Shown one piece after another: positions 19,971-33,032 of a DNA stretch of 64,000 nt (position 1 is its first letter; the number at the start of each line of letters is the position of its first letter). The position numbers and the translations under genes were made by a program. This DNA is from Candidatus Latescibacterota bacterium (GTDB lineage: Bacteria > Latescibacterota > UBA2968). Under the pieces are notes generated by a model that worked only from the letters and a program-made list of their open reading frames with translations, did no database searches and was not told where the DNA came from. The DNA is taken from NCBI GenBank assembly GCA_965205975.1, contig OZ242195.1, positions 64,001-128,000 on the forward strand, written 5' to 3'.

Positions 19971-21302
19971 ATGAACAGTTTTGCACCTGTTGATTTATGC
20001 GATGTGCGAAAGCAGGATTTGGATCACGTATGGCATCCTTTGATGCAATATGAGGGCAGGAGCGAAGATGATTTGCTCGTTATTGTGTCGGCAGATGGGT
20101 GTGAGATCACGGATTCGGATGGGAAAACGTATCTCGATGCGTATGGCGGGATATGGAATGTCAATGTGGGGTATGGGCGGGATGAGATTGTCGAAGCTGT
20201 GTATGAACAGATGAAAACACTCCCGTTTTATCCCATGACGCAGATCAATGTGCCCGCGGCGCGACTCGCTGCGCGGTTGGCGGAATTGTCACCGGGCGAT
20301 CTCACTCATTTCTATTTTGTCAATAGTGGTTCAGAGGCTAATGAAACTGCGATTAAAGTTGCGCGACAATACGGCAGGGCGACGCATCCGGGCGAAAGTC
20401 GCTTTAAAATTATCTGCCGGTATAAGGGCTATCACGGCTTTACGATGGGGTCTATGTCTGCGACCGGACAGGTGAGGCGGCGAGCACCGTTTGAACCTCT
20501 GGCACCGGGATTTATCCACGTTGAGTTGCCCACTGCCGATGCCCACGGAGCGGATGAGATCGCGCGGGTTATTGAACGCGAGGGTCCCGATACGGTCGCT
20601 GCTGTTCTTGCGGAACCTGTTGTTGGCGGTGGTGGTGTGCATGTCCCGCCCGACGATTATTTTCCCGCCCTGCGCGATGTGTGCGACCACTATGGTTGTT
20701 TGCTGATGTTTGATGAGGTGATTACTGGATTTGGGCGTACTGGAAAATTGTTTGCTGCCGAGCACTGGGGTGTTGTGCCCGATGTGATGACGATTGCCAA
20801 GGGCGTGTCGAGCGGGTACCTGCCGCTGGGGGCATGTGCTGTTACCGAAAAGGTCTGGTCGGCATTTTTGGGAGGGGCGGATGAGGGAAAAGAATTTGCT
20901 CAGGTTTCCACGTATGGCGGGCATCCGGCATGTTGTGTTGCGGCGCTGGCTAATCTCGAGATTCTGACCCGGGAACGGCTGTGGGAAAATTCGGAAACTG
21001 TGGGTGCGTACTTGTTGGCGCGGCTCAAAGATATGTCATCGCCTCTGATCAAAGAAGTGAGAGGTCTGGGGCTTATGCTCGCGGTTGAGCTTCAAAGCGA
21101 GGATGGGACGGAACTGGATAGCGAGAGGACGAAAAAATTTGGCAGCGCGCTTCGAGATGCGGGTGTGATTACCGGGAAGATGAGTCATGTTATGGTGGGA
21201 TCAGAGCCTGTTTTTACACTGGCACCCCCTCTGATTCTTACGGAGGAGCAAGCCGACCGAATAGCAGGTGCGTTTGTGACTGCGTTGCGGGCTATAAGTT
21301 GA
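19971..21302 (+). CDS. Class III PLP aminotransferase
   Basis: NSGSEANETAIK, YHG, FDEVITGFGRTG, PDVMTIAKGVSSGY, TYGGHP. Confidence 0.95.
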   Translation: MNSFAPVDLCDVRKQDLDHVWHPLMQYEGRSEDDLLVIVSADGCEITDSDGKTYLDAYGGIWNVNVGYGRDEIVEAVYEQMKTLPFYPMTQINVPAARLAARLAELSPGDLTHFYFVNSGSEANETAIKVARQYGRATHPGESRFKIICRYKGYHGFTMGSMSATGQVRRRAPFEPLAPGFIHVELPTADAHGADEIARVIEREGPDTVAAVLAEPVVGGGGVHVPPDDYFPALRDVCDHYGCLLMFDEVITGFGRTGKLFAAEHWGVVPDVMTIAKGVSSGYLPLGACAVTEKVWSAFLGGADEGKEFAQVSTYGGHPACCVAALANLEILTRERLWENSETVGAYLLARLKDMSSPLIKEVRGLGLMLAVELQSEDGTELDSERTKKFGSALRDAGVITGKMSHVMVGSEPVFTLAPPLILTEEQADRIAGAFVTALRAIS

Positions 21303-21324
21303 GTCGGTAAAAAAGGAAACCGCG

Positions 21325-21804
21325 ATGATCAATGCGACCTTATGCTATGTCAAAAATGGCAATAAAACGCTGATGCTGCACCGAGTGAAAAAGGAAAATG
21401 ACATACACGAGGGCAAATGGAATGGCCTGGGTGGCAAAATGGAAGCGGGCGAGACGCCTGAGGAATGCGTGATTCGAGAGGTGCGCGAAGAGAGTGGCCT
21501 GCAGATTCAAAATCCCGCTTTGAGAGGGGTACTCACGTTTCCAAAATTTGATGGGATCAATGACTGGTTGGCTTTTGTGTTTACCGCGGAGAGGTTCACG
21601 GGTGAGTTGATTGACTCGAGTGAAGGTATCCTGAAATGGATTGACGACTCAGAACTGCTCGATCTCAATCTTTGGGAAGGCGACAAAATTTTTCTGAAGT
21701 GGTTACACCAGGATGCGTTTTTTTCAGGGAAATTTACGTATGAAAACAAACGGTTGATCGCTCATGATGTCGTGTTTCACACACTGTCTGGATCTGTGCC
21801 ATGA
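21325..21804 (+). CDS. NUDIX hydrolase, 8-oxo-dGTPase (MutX/MTH1-like)
   Basis: GKWNGLGGKMEAGETPEECVIREVREESG Nudix box; LWEGD. Confidence 0.9.
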   Translation: MINATLCYVKNGNKTLMLHRVKKENDIHEGKWNGLGGKMEAGETPEECVIREVREESGLQIQNPALRGVLTFPKFDGINDWLAFVFTAERFTGELIDSSEGILKWIDDSELLDLNLWEGDKIFLKWLHQDAFFSGKFTYENKRLIAHDVVFHTLSGSVP

Positions 21805-21974
21805 ACGAAAAAGCCGAAGCAATTAAAAAGAGATACCGGTATCGCCGCCTGATTCTCACGGGCAAAATTGGCCTGTCCAGACACGCGGCGGTCAAATTCA
21901 TCGGCGCAGATACGGCGTATCACCTGTATGCCCGTGCAACGCCTCGGTCTCGTGCGGCAGAGAAAAGCGCGTGA
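21801..21974 (+). CDS. Small basic hypothetical protein (57 aa, below ORF-track cutoff)
   Basis: ATGA overlap with NUDIX stop; MNEKAEAIKKRYRYRRLILTGKIGLSRHAAVKFIGADTAYHLYARATPRSRAAEKSA*. Confidence 0.5.
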   Translation: MNEKAEAIKKRYRYRRLILTGKIGLSRHAAVKFIGADTAYHLYARATPRSRAAEKSA

Positions 21975-22016
21975 TGCGATGGTCTTATCAGAGCTTCAGC
22001 TTTGAGAGTATGTCAA

Positions 22017-22832
22017 TTAACCGACAGACCCATAGCGAATCTCGTGATAATCGCGATCACTCGTAATCGGAACGGGTTTCCCTTCCAGAAATGCCCACTT
22101 TCCCACATCACACGCCGAAGCGCGAACAAATCCATTGATATACGAACGCCGCGGCTCATCCGTCGTATTTGGTACCGAGCCGTGAACCGTATAAGACGTG
22201 AACATCACCACATCACCCGGCATTGCCTCGCAAGGTACAGCCGATGACACATCCACCTGATCTTCAATTTCTCCCTTTGCATAGCGCGTCACCTTCAAAT
22301 TTCCCAACCTGTGACTGCCGGGAACAATGTGCAAACAACCATTGGCAATCGTTGCCTTATCCACCACAATAATGGTCTGCACATAATTGTTCACCTGATC
22401 GCGAAACGCAGGCGTAGGGCGGATATCCTGATGCCATGGAAAGTGAATATCTCCCCCAGGCATCTTGAAATTGATCTGATTGATATACTGCTTAAACGAT
22501 GTACCGATCAACGGTTCTAACAGAACGGGAAACTTCGCACTATTCCGAATCTCCTCAAACGCGGGATGAATGAGAGAAGGCCACTGGACTTTTCGCAGAT
22601 ACGGAACAGCCTTTGTGCCAACCATCGGTCTGGGCGTCTGCAAGTGAATATGCACCTCGCGGTCTTTGCCCTGAAGAATTGCATCGGGAAGATCTGTCCG
22701 CGCTGCCAGTTCGAGAATATAGTCATATCCTTCTCGCAAACGCGCAATCTCATCCCCATCAAACACACCCCGCGCAATGTGGTATCCCCGCTCCTTGAAA
22801 GCCTCAACATCTTCTTTGCTCAACGTATTCAT
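22017..22832 (-). CDS. Phytanoyl-CoA dioxygenase (PhyH) family Fe(II)/2OG oxygenase
   Basis: PWHQD, NGCLHIVPGSH, VHGS..N....R. Confidence 0.9.
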   Translation of the reverse strand: MNTLSKEDVEAFKERGYHIARGVFDGDEIARLREGYDYILELAARTDLPDAILQGKDREVHIHLQTPRPMVGTKAVPYLRKVQWPSLIHPAFEEIRNSAKFPVLLEPLIGTSFKQYINQINFKMPGGDIHFPWHQDIRPTPAFRDQVNNYVQTIIVVDKATIANGCLHIVPGSHRLGNLKVTRYAKGEIEDQVDVSSAVPCEAMPGDVVMFTSYTVHGSVPNTTDEPRRSYINGFVRASACDVGKWAFLEGKPVPITSDRDYHEIRYGSVG

Positions 22833-23104
22833 TTCATTTTTCCTTGTCGTTTTAACTACCTAATAGACCACTTAAGCAGTATAATGGGTCAGTGGTCAGA
22901 AATCAAACTGGTTCTGAGATCGAATAGTGGATCGCGCATTCCATTTGAGATTGTAAAAGAATTAGAACAAGCACTCGCAGAATGGGAATCGCAACTCGTC
23001 GCGTCTCTCTGGCCCTCAAGGCGAATTCTCAAAATTTCCCTCAAGCCCTATGGCCTGGGCGATGAAACGTACGATTTTCCCATCTAAAATAAGGAATCAT
23101 TCAA

Positions 23105-23962
23105 ATGGACCTCATTATCAACTCCAAATTTTTCGATCAGTATTCCGTGCCTGAACTGGGCGAAAAAGCGATTGAATTGGGCTACGACGGCATTGACCTG
23201 TGCGTGCGTCCGGGCCATCCCATTCACGCAGACAATGTAATTGAGGCATTGCCCAAAGCAGCCGAAATCTGGCGCAGTCAGGACCTGGTCTGCCCTATGA
23301 TAACCGCGCCCGTGACACTCGTAGATCCAGAATCACCTGAAATAGAAAAATACTATATCGCCTGTGCCGAAGCCGAAATCCCCCGTCTCAAAATCGGATT
23401 CTGGAAATATCAGCCCGGCGATGATTACTGGCAGGTTGTGGATACAGCGCGGAGAGATCTGGCAAAAATTGTGGTTCTGAGCGAAAAATACGGCGTGCAG
23501 ACCTGCTATCAGATTCACAGCGGGCCTTGCCTGGGAAGCAACTGCGCGGGATTGATGCACCTCATCAACGGCTTTGACCCACAATACGTGGGCGCGTACC
23601 CCGATTTCGGACACCTCGCACTGGATGGAGAAGACTGGGCAATGGGATTGGCGATGATTCGGGATTATATCTCAGTCGTGGGCATTAAAGATGCGTATTA
23701 TCTACCGCAACCGGAAGGTCAAACACCGCGCTATCGTCCCTGCTTCACAAAAGCTGGAGAAGGATGCGTAGATTGGCATCGTTGCCTGGGGCTATTGCAC
23801 GAGATGGGATTTGATGGACCCTTATCCGTCCACACCGAATACAAATTTGACGAAACTATCATCCGTCAAGTCGGTTACGCGCAAACATCGCCTCCAAATT
23901 TGGAAGCATGGGCAAAAGAAGACGCGGATTATCTTCGGAAAATTATCGCAGACATTGCATAA
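23105..23962 (+). CDS. Sugar phosphate isomerase/epimerase (AP endonuclease 2 TIM barrel)
   Basis: GYDGIDL.VRPG, DFGH, IKD, GFDGPLSVHTEY. Confidence 0.85.
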   Translation: MDLIINSKFFDQYSVPELGEKAIELGYDGIDLCVRPGHPIHADNVIEALPKAAEIWRSQDLVCPMITAPVTLVDPESPEIEKYYIACAEAEIPRLKIGFWKYQPGDDYWQVVDTARRDLAKIVVLSEKYGVQTCYQIHSGPCLGSNCAGLMHLINGFDPQYVGAYPDFGHLALDGEDWAMGLAMIRDYISVVGIKDAYYLPQPEGQTPRYRPCFTKAGEGCVDWHRCLGLLHEMGFDGPLSVHTEYKFDETIIRQVGYAQTSPPNLEAWAKEDADYLRKIIADIA

Positions 23963-23975
23963 AGAGAGGTTCACA

Positions 23976-25292
23976 ATGCGTACAGCAAAAGCCGGTTGGG
24001 CGCAGTTTGATTCAACGCCGCCACTGGGGCTGCCTATGGGTGGTCGCGGTCCGCGGTTTTCACCCGGGTCTGAGGTGCTCGATCCTCTGGCCGCGCAGGC
24101 GGTTGTTATTGAGGATCAAAAGGGCTATCGCACGGTCTGGATTTCGATTGATATGATTGGGATGACATGGCATGTGACGAGTCGTTTGCGCTGTGAGTTA
24201 GCTTCAATAACCGGCATACCTTTTGAAGCGATTATTGTCAATTTTTCACATACGCACAGCGGTCCCATGTCCGGGTTTGAGGGATATGCTACGACTGTGG
24301 CTAAACCAGAAGAACTCGAGGCTTATGAAATTGATTTGCTGTCTCGTACGGTGAAAATGGTGATTGAAGCCATCGAGAATATGCGAGCGGTCTCTGTTTG
24401 TGTGCATCGCGGTACGTCGGAGATTGGGATTAACAGGCGCAGGCGAGGTGCCGATGGCAGTATGGGGATGAGGCCGAATCCAGATGGATATATGAATCGG
24501 GATCTCTGGGTGCTCGATCTCGCCGCAGAAGACTGTCGTTGTGTGGTGTTTAACTATGGCTGCCATCCGGTGATGGTTTACGGTTTTGCCTGGGATGGTA
24601 TTTCTGCTGATTTTCCCGGGGTCTGTCGCAATCGGTTGGTCGAATCTCTCGGTCCGAATACCCACGCGCAGTTTATTCAAGGGCTTGCCGGCAATATTCG
24701 ACCGCGCCGTCTCGCGGGGGCAGACGCATTTCGAAAATCTACGCCGGAGGATGTTGTTGCGACGGGTGCTCAACTCGCGGATGATGTTCTCTCGGCTATG
24801 GACAAGGGCGGTGAATTGCTGGCATTGGATCTCAATTGCGTTTCGGGATTTGCGCTGGCACCGCGCGACCAAGATGCGATTCCGCCTCTTGATCATTGGG
24901 AAGCACTTGCCAAAAGCGAGGGAGAACTTGAACAAAATCTCGGTGCGTACTGGGTCGAGCGTTTGGGGTCTGGCATACCGCCAGCGCGTTTTTTTCCCTG
25001 GTCATTGGGCCTTATTCGCCTGACGGGAAAACACACCATTGCGTGGTTTGGCAACGAGGTTGTTGCGGAGTGGCTCCCCTTGCTGAGAACTTATCTCAAT
25101 GATCCGAATCTCATTGCCTGGGGATATTGTCAGGATGGGCGCAATTACATGCCGACAGACGCGCTTATTCCCGAGGGTGGGTATGAGGTTGATAGTGCGA
25201 ATGCGTACACCAAAGCGGGTCCTGGTCCGTTCCAGATTGGCATTGACGAGGTGACCGAGAAGACATTTCTCGAGCTGGTCGAACGGCTGTGA
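23976..25292 (+). CDS. Neutral/alkaline ceramidase-like amidohydrolase
   Basis: SHTHSGP, GINRR, NYGCHP, ISADFPG, EGGYE; start after GAGG at 23976. Confidence 0.8.
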   Translation: MRTAKAGWAQFDSTPPLGLPMGGRGPRFSPGSEVLDPLAAQAVVIEDQKGYRTVWISIDMIGMTWHVTSRLRCELASITGIPFEAIIVNFSHTHSGPMSGFEGYATTVAKPEELEAYEIDLLSRTVKMVIEAIENMRAVSVCVHRGTSEIGINRRRRGADGSMGMRPNPDGYMNRDLWVLDLAAEDCRCVVFNYGCHPVMVYGFAWDGISADFPGVCRNRLVESLGPNTHAQFIQGLAGNIRPRRLAGADAFRKSTPEDVVATGAQLADDVLSAMDKGGELLALDLNCVSGFALAPRDQDAIPPLDHWEALAKSEGELEQNLGAYWVERLGSGIPPARFFPWSLGLIRLTGKHTIAWFGNEVVAEWLPLLRTYLNDPNLIAWGYCQDGRNYMPTDALIPEGGYEVDSANAYTKAGPGPFQIGIDEVTEKTFLELVERL

Positions 25293-25295
25293 TGG

Positions 25296-26387
25296 TTAGT
25301 TCTGATTAGATCGCCTGCCTCGTCCGCGGCGACGCTGTTCACGCCACCGCTGGTATGCCTCTTCGTCAAACTCGATAACGGGGATCTCACCTTGCCAGGC
25401 CCTGGCAATGATAGGCATGATACGCGATGTCGCCAATTGGAAATCCCGCCCAAAAGGTCTCGGATTTGGAAACCATTTCCACAGGAGAGCGCCTGTGATC
25501 CGCGGTTCGTTTTCAATGGCTTCGAGCGCGACGCGCCAGCACATTTCCTGCAAGGGACGCGCGCCATCGTCATCCACGCGATATGTCCACGGTTCTGACG
25601 CTGCTTTATAAGATTGGTTGTATCCCAATTCGGCAAATACGATGTTGCGATCCATTTTTTTAGCATAAGCTCGCAATTCTTTTAGCAGACGATCCCATCC
25701 ACTTCGGAGGTCGGTCTCTGTGGGATTTTGATTTTTTGTTATCGGAAAATAGCCCTGAATACCGATCACATCCAGGGCATCCCAGAATGGCACGCGCGTG
25801 TAATCCGTCCAATTCGCCGCATAGGTGATCTGTCCTTTATATATTTTTCGCACGTCTGCAATCAGGGCGCGCCATTCGGCTTCGTGATGCAGGGTTTTGT
25901 CCAGTTCTGTTCCTATGACAAATGCATCGGCGTCTTTGCAGGCTTCGGCTACGGCCAAAATCCAGGCGCGATAATCTGCCCAGAAGCGCGTCCATTCTTC
26001 CTCAGAGCGAAACGCAATTTCGCCCCGCCACTCAAATCCCGACCGCCAGTATGCCAGATGGGGCTTGATGCAAATTTTCAATCCCCGTTTGTGGGCTTCT
26101 ACAATGGGTCGCGTCCAGTGAGCGGGAGCCAATTCACCGGCGCCTTCAAATCGCCTCACCCTGACCGATCCATCCTGCGAAATGCCCGCATAGGGATGGG
26201 TCGCAACCCAGTTTGCCCCCAGAATTTCAATATCCCGCAGCGTTGAAACCATTTCGTCACTCGCCCAATCTCGCCCACCTCCGTGCGTTGAAATCGTGAT
26301 CCCCCGCATTGGCGTATCATTGTCAAATGCCTGGGGCTCAAACGCGGTTAATAAGCTGAATAATAGAATGGTGCAATAACGAGGCAT
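25296..26387 (-). CDS. GH113-like / GTA TIM-barrel glycoside hydrolase, secreted
   Basis: Signal peptide; IKPHL, WRGEI, IGTEL, TYAANW, FWDALDVIGIQGYFP, AELGY. Confidence 0.8.
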   Translation of the reverse strand: MPRYCTILLFSLLTAFEPQAFDNDTPMRGITISTHGGGRDWASDEMVSTLRDIEILGANWVATHPYAGISQDGSVRVRRFEGAGELAPAHWTRPIVEAHKRGLKICIKPHLAYWRSGFEWRGEIAFRSEEEWTRFWADYRAWILAVAEACKDADAFVIGTELDKTLHHEAEWRALIADVRKIYKGQITYAANWTDYTRVPFWDALDVIGIQGYFPITKNQNPTETDLRSGWDRLLKELRAYAKKMDRNIVFAELGYNQSYKAASEPWTYRVDDDGARPLQEMCWRVALEAIENEPRITGALLWKWFPNPRPFGRDFQLATSRIMPIIARAWQGEIPVIEFDEEAYQRWREQRRRGRGRRSNQN

Positions 26388-26406
26388 GACAGCCTTTCAT
26401 TTAGAC

Positions 26407-26439
26407 AAAAAAGGCGCAGTTCGCACTGCGCCTCCCTTT
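26407..26439 (-). terminator. Rho-independent terminator after gltD
   Basis: Stem AGGCGCAGT/ACTGCGCCT, 4-nt loop, U-run on minus strand. Confidence 0.85.
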
Positions 26440-26464
26440 ATTTGAGATTTGATATGACGACCTG

Positions 26465-27958
<1,494 letters not shown>

Positions 27959-27971
27959 AAGTGCTCCTTTT

Positions 27972-30900
27972 TTAAGCTTCAACTTCCACGCCACGGCGGA
28001 ATGCTTCGAGCCATGCATCTTCGCCTTTCAAACCCTCTTGTTGCGCGGTTTCATAAGCAGAGAGAATGCGTTTGTAGGGTTTGGGGAAGACTTTGACGAA
28101 TTTGGGCAACATGTCATCCCAATGGACGAGGATGTGTTGCGCCACGCTGCTCTCGGTGTAGTCGGCGTGTTTGGTGATCATGCTTTTGAGTTCTTCAATG
28201 TCTTCATCGTTTTGGACGGGTTCGAGATCGACGAGTTCGGGATTGCAGCGTATGTGGAAATCGCCATCTTCGTCGAGCACATAAGCTATGCCTCCGGACA
28301 TGCCGGCTGCAAAGTTGCGTCCGGTTTTGCCCAAAATGACAGCCATCCCACCTGTCATATACTCACATCCGTGATCGCCAATGCCTTCGACGACTGCGCT
28401 AACGCCCGAGTTTCGCACGCAGAAGCGCTCGCCCGCTTGACCGCGGATGAAAGCCTGGCCATTGGTCGCACCGTAGAAAGATACGTTGCCGATGATGATG
28501 TTGTCTTCGGCTTTGAAGGTGGATCCCTCGCGCGGATAGACAATCAGTTTGCTGCCGCACAAGCCCTTGCCAAAGTAATCATTGGCGTCGCCTTCGAGGC
28601 GGAAGGTAATGCCCGGCGGCGTAAAGGCTGCAAAAGATTGTCCGGCCGATCCCTCAAAGGTGATGTCAATGGTGTCTTCGGGCAGGCCATCGGGTCCGAA
28701 CCTGCGGGTGATTTCACTGCCGAGAATGGTGCCGACCACGCGGTTGGTATTTTTGATATCGAATTTTGCGCGGACTTTGCTGCCATCCTTGAGGGCGGGT
28801 TCGCAAAGTTCGAGCAAGATCTGGTTGTCCATCGCATTTTCGAGACCGTGATCCTGTTCGATCTGGCAATAACGGCCAATTTCAGGATCGGCGTCTGGTT
28901 TTTCAAGAATGGGGGACAGGTCCAGATATTTCGCTTTCCAGTGGTCGGTTTTTGCCTGGTGGAGCAGGTCGGTGCGACCGATGAGTTCAGCGATGGTGCG
29001 CACGCCGAGTTGCGCCATTATTTCGCGCATGTCCTGTGCGATAAAACGCAAGAAATTGACGACCTGATCGGGGTCGCCCATAAATTTTTTGCGCAGTTCG
29101 GGATGCTGCGTGGCCACACCTACAGGACAGGTGTCGAGGTGGCAAACGCGCATCATGATGCAGCCCATGGCGACGAGTGCTGTGGTTGCAAATCCAAATT
29201 CTTCGGCACCGAGCAGGGCTGCAATAATTACATCGCGTCCGGTTTTGAGTTGTCCGTCGGTTTCGACTATGATGCGCGACCTCAGATTGTTGAGTACCAG
29301 GGTTTGGTGGGTTTCGGCAACGCCGAATTCCCAGGGCAGGCCAGCGTGTTTGATGCTGGTTTGCGGCGATGCGCCGGTGCCTCCGTCAAGGCCAGAGATG
29401 AGTACCACATCGCCGTGACCTTTGGACACGCCCGCTGCGACGATGCCTACATTGATTTCTGCGACGAGTTTGACGTTAATTCTGGCATGGTGGTTGGCAT
29501 TTTTGAGATCGTGAATGAGCTGCGCCAGATCTTCGATGGAGTAAATATCGTGATGCGGCGGCGGTGAGATGAGTTCTACGCCCGGTGTGGAGTGCCGAAC
29601 CGTGGCAATCCACGGATACACTTTATTGCCAGGCAATTCGCCGCCTTCGCCAGGCTTGGCGCCCTGCGCCATTTTGATCTGCAATTCTTTGGCATTGACC
29701 AGATAATTGCTGGTGACGCCAAAGCGCCCAGAAGCCACTTGTTTGATGGCGCTGTTTTTGGAATCGCCATTGGGCTCGAGGGTATAACGCGCCGGGTCTT
29801 CGCCGCCTTCGCCGGTGTTGCTTTTGCCACCCAGACGATTCATCGCAATAGCGAGTGCTTCATGCGCTTCTTTAGATATCGATCCATAGGACATGGCACC
29901 GGACTTAAAGCGTCTGGTGATTGCTTCGACGGGTTCAACTTCGTCAATGGGAATGGGTTCGCTGGCATAGTTGAAGTCCAGGAGACCGCGCAGAGTCGCC
30001 AGGTTTTTGGCCTGTTGGTTGATGAGGGTGATATATTCTTTGTACACGTCGTAATCGTTGGTGCGCGTAGCGTGCTGGAGCTTGTGAATCGTTAGGGGAT
30101 TAAAGAGGTGATATTCCCCACCTTGCCGCCACTGAAAATGCCCGCCTACATCGAGGGTGCTGCCATTGACTGGAATTTCGGGATATGCATCGCGATGCCG
30201 CATCAGGGCTTCTCGGGCAATGACATCGAGGCCAATGCCATCTATGCGGGAATCTGTCCAGGTAAAGTATTGATCAATGATGTTTTTTGAAATGCCAACG
30301 GCTTCAAAAATTTGAGCACCCCGATAAGACTTGATGGTGGAGATGCCCATTTTGGCCATGACTTTGACCACGCCTTTGGTTGCGGATTTGACATATCCTT
30401 TGACCGCATCGCGATAGGAGATATCGGTTAATTGCTTTTCAGAGATCATGTCGGCGAGGCTTTCATAAGCCATATAGGGGTTGATCGCCTGAGCGCCATA
30501 GCCGATGAGCAAGCAGAAGTGATGCACTTCACGGGGTTCACCTGTTTCGAGGGCAATCCCGACTTTGGTGCGCTTACCTTCTCGGATGAGATGGTGATGG
30601 AGACCGCTCATGGCCAGGAGCGCGGGAATGGGGGCGTGGTCTTTATCGACACCGCGGTCTGAAAGAATGAGTATGGTATAACCGTTTTCAATGGCGTTGT
30701 CGGCTTCTGCACACAATTTGTGCATGGCTTTTTCGAGGCTGGCTTCACCATCGGCCACATTGAAGAGCATGGGAATGGTGGTGGCTTTGAGCCCCGGGCG
30801 GTCAACGCTGCGCAATTGCTCGAGTTCCTCATTGGTCAAAACGGGCGTGTCGAGATGGATTTGCCTGCAACTTTCGGGTTCGGGAATCAGCAGATTGCGC

Positions 30901-32546
30901 TCGGGACCAATGGTAGCGTCAGCCGAGGTGATGACCTCTTCTTTTAAGGGATCGAGGGGTGGGTTGGTCACCTGGGCAAAGAGCTGTTTGAAGTAGTTGT
31001 AGAGCAAGTGCGGTTTGTTGGACAATACCGCTAATGGTGCGTCGTTGCCCATTGATCCGACGGGATCGCGCCCAATTTTGGACATGGGACCAACAAAAAT
31101 TTTGAGGTCTTCAAACGTATAGCCAAAAGCCTGTTGCCGCATGAGCACTTCGGCGTGATTTGTGGGGGGGGCAATGGGTGCGACTGCGGGCAGGTCTTTG
31201 AGCGAAATGAGATGGTCGTTGAGCCATTGTTGGTAGGGATGCTCGGAGATCATTGACTGTTTGACTTCGTCATCGGAAATGATACGGCCCTTTTCGGTAT
31301 CGACGAGAAGGATGCGACCGGGTTGCAATCGACCTTTGTAAGCGATGCGTTCGGGTTCTAATTCGCAGACACCTGCCTCAGAACTGAGGATGAGCAGGTC
31401 GTCTTTGGTGACGTAATAACGCGAAGGACGCAAGCCATTGCGATCGAGGCAGGCTCCCACGACTTCGCCATCGGTAAAGCCAATAGAAGCCGGACCATCC
31501 CAGGGTTCCATGAGGCAGGAATGGTATTCGTAGAAGGCGCGCCTTTCGGGACTCATGCTCTCGTGGTTTTCCCAGGGTTCGGGAATCATCATGACGGCTG
31601 CATGCGCCATTGAGCGGCCAGATAGAGACAGAAATTCAAAGCAGTTGTCAAAGATTGCGGAATCCGAACCGTCTTCGTAGAGGATGGGGACTATTTTTTG
31701 TACGTCATCACCCCAGAGCGCTGAAGCCAGCATGGCCTGTCGGGTTTTCATCCAGTTTTGATTCCCGCGCAGGGTGTTGATTTCGCCGTTGTGGATGAGG
31801 TAGCGATAGGGATGCGACCTTTCCCAGGAGGGAAAGGTGTTGGTGGAAAACCGGGAATGCACGAGGACAATCGCGGCTTCCATGCGGTGATCTTGCAGGT
31901 CGGGATAAAATTCGGGCACCTGCATGGGGGTGAGCATGCCTTTGTAAACAATGGTGCGCGACGACAAGCTGGGGATGTAAAAATTTTCGTCGTGCCCGGC
32001 ATAGCGGATCGCATTGGTGGCGCGCTTGCGAATGACGTAGAGTTTGCGTTCAAATGCCATCGGGTCTGGCAAGTCGGCACTGCGACCAATGAAAATTTGC
32101 CACACAACGGGTTCACAAGACCTGGAAGTAAGGCCCAAATAGAAGTTGTCGGTGGGGACTTTGCGCCAGCCGAGGACTTCCTGTCCTTCTTCCTGGACAA
32201 TATCCTCGATGATTTGACGCGTTTTTTGGCGGATGGATCGATCCTCATCATCGGTCATGAAAATCATGCCGACACCGTATTGACCGGGATCTGGTATATC
32301 AATGCCGACTCCCTTGCAGGCGTGTACAAAGAACCGATGTGGGATTTGCATCAAAACACCAGCGCCATCGCCCGTGTTGTCTTCGGCACCGCGCGCCCCC
32401 CGGTGGTCGAGACAGACAAGGGATTCAAGAGCCATTTTGACGATCTGGTTGGATTTTTCGCCTTTGATATTTACGACAAATCCAATGCCACAGGCGTCGC
32501 GTTCGTATTTGGGATTGTAGAGTCCGTGTTTGCGAGGATATGCCAT
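27972..32546 (-). CDS. gltB: Glutamate synthase large subunit
   Basis: [64 protein letters not shown]. Confidence 0.97.
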   Translation of the reverse strand: MAYPRKHGLYNPKYERDACGIGFVVNIKGEKSNQIVKMALESLVCLDHRGARGAEDNTGDGAGVLMQIPHRFFVHACKGVGIDIPDPGQYGVGMIFMTDDEDRSIRQKTRQIIEDIVQEEGQEVLGWRKVPTDNFYLGLTSRSCEPVVWQIFIGRSADLPDPMAFERKLYVIRKRATNAIRYAGHDENFYIPSLSSRTIVYKGMLTPMQVPEFYPDLQDHRMEAAIVLVHSRFSTNTFPSWERSHPYRYLIHNGEINTLRGNQNWMKTRQAMLASALWGDDVQKIVPILYEDGSDSAIFDNCFEFLSLSGRSMAHAAVMMIPEPWENHESMSPERRAFYEYHSCLMEPWDGPASIGFTDGEVVGACLDRNGLRPSRYYVTKDDLLILSSEAGVCELEPERIAYKGRLQPGRILLVDTEKGRIISDDEVKQSMISEHPYQQWLNDHLISLKDLPAVAPIAPPTNHAEVLMRQQAFGYTFEDLKIFVGPMSKIGRDPVGSMGNDAPLAVLSNKPHLLYNYFKQLFAQVTNPPLDPLKEEVITSADATIGPERNLLIPEPESCRQIHLDTPVLTNEELEQLRSVDRPGLKATTIPMLFNVADGEASLEKAMHKLCAEADNAIENGYTILILSDRGVDKDHAPIPALLAMSGLHHHLIREGKRTKVGIALETGEPREVHHFCLLIGYGAQAINPYMAYESLADMISEKQLTDISYRDAVKGYVKSATKGVVKVMAKMGISTIKSYRGAQIFEAVGISKNIIDQYFTWTDSRIDGIGLDVIAREALMRHRDAYPEIPVNGSTLDVGGHFQWRQGGEYHLFNPLTIHKLQHATRTNDYDVYKEYITLINQQAKNLATLRGLLDFNYASEPIPIDEVEPVEAITRRFKSGAMSYGSISKEAHEALAIAMNRLGGKSNTGEGGEDPARYTLEPNGDSKNSAIKQVASGRFGVTSNYLVNAKELQIKMAQGAKPGEGGELPGNKVYPWIATVRHSTPGVELISPPPHHDIYSIEDLAQLIHDLKNANHHARINVKLVAEINVGIVAAGVSKGHGDVVLISGLDGGTGASPQTSIKHAGLPWEFGVAETHQTLVLNNLRSRIIVETDGQLKTGRDVIIAALLGAEEFGFATTALVAMGCIMMRVCHLDTCPVGVATQHPELRKKFMGDPDQVVNFLRFIAQDMREIMAQLGVRTIAELIGRTDLLHQAKTDHWKAKYLDLSPILEKPDADPEIGRYCQIEQDHGLENAMDNQILLELCEPALKDGSKVRAKFDIKNTNRVVGTILGSEITRRFGPDGLPEDTIDITFEGSAGQSFAAFTPPGITFRLEGDANDYFGKGLCGSKLIVYPREGSTFKAEDNIIIGNVSFYGATNGQAFIRGQAGERFCVRNSGVSAVVEGIGDHGCEYMTGGMAVILGKTGRNFAAGMSGGIAYVLDEDGDFHIRCNPELVDLEPVQNDEDIEELKSMITKHADYTESSVAQHILVHWDDMLPKFVKVFPKPYKRILSAYETAQQEGLKGEDAWLEAFRRGVEVEA

Positions 32547-32631
32547 AAAATTGTTCCTTAATCACATGGCGCGAAAATGCCAGAACCGCGATCCGGCCCT
32601 GGCATTTGAAAACCGGTTATTTTGTTAGACG

Positions 32632-32895
32632 CTATTCAAAGGCGACTGCATTGATTTCAATATACTCCAACCATTCGTCCGGCGTGTCTTCTTCTGCGAA
32701 GATTGCTTCAACCGGGCATTCGGGTTCACAGGCTCCGCAGTCGATGCATTCTTCGGGGTGAATATAGAGCATATTGCGACGTTCATCTTCCGGCAAATCG
32801 GTTGCGTCGGGTTCGTAGATGCAGTCCACCGGACAAACTTCCACACAGGACCTGTCCATAACATCAATGCATGGCTCGGCGATAATATAGGCCAT
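32632..32895 (-). CDS. Dicluster ferredoxin (FdxA-type)
   Basis: [11 protein letters not shown] and [13 protein letters not shown]. Confidence 0.92.
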   Translation of the reverse strand: MAYIIAEPCIDVMDRSCVEVCPVDCIYEPDATDLPEDERRNMLYIHPEECIDCGACEPECPVEAIFAEEDTPDEWLEYIEINAVAFE

Positions 32896-32951
32896 TTTTA
32901 TTTTCCCTTTCCTTTGCTATTGTTACGACTCATCCGGCGTTGGCTTTGCCA

Positions 32952-32979
32952 AATATACTTATTTGGTTGGCTTTGTCAA
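32952..32979 (-). promoter_or_regulatory. Sigma70-like promoter for the ferredoxin gene
   Basis: Minus strand TTGACA-16 nt-TATATT. Confidence 0.55.
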
Positions 32980-33032
32980 GTATTGTAAGTTAAAATTATG
33001 ATTACAGGTACATAAAAGAAGAAAGTTTACTT

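Noticed and set aside
22866..22897. GACCACT...AGTGGTC inverted repeat around a TATAAT as an operator
   Set aside because: Only 7-bp arms, a single occurrence and no regulator nearby; could be chance
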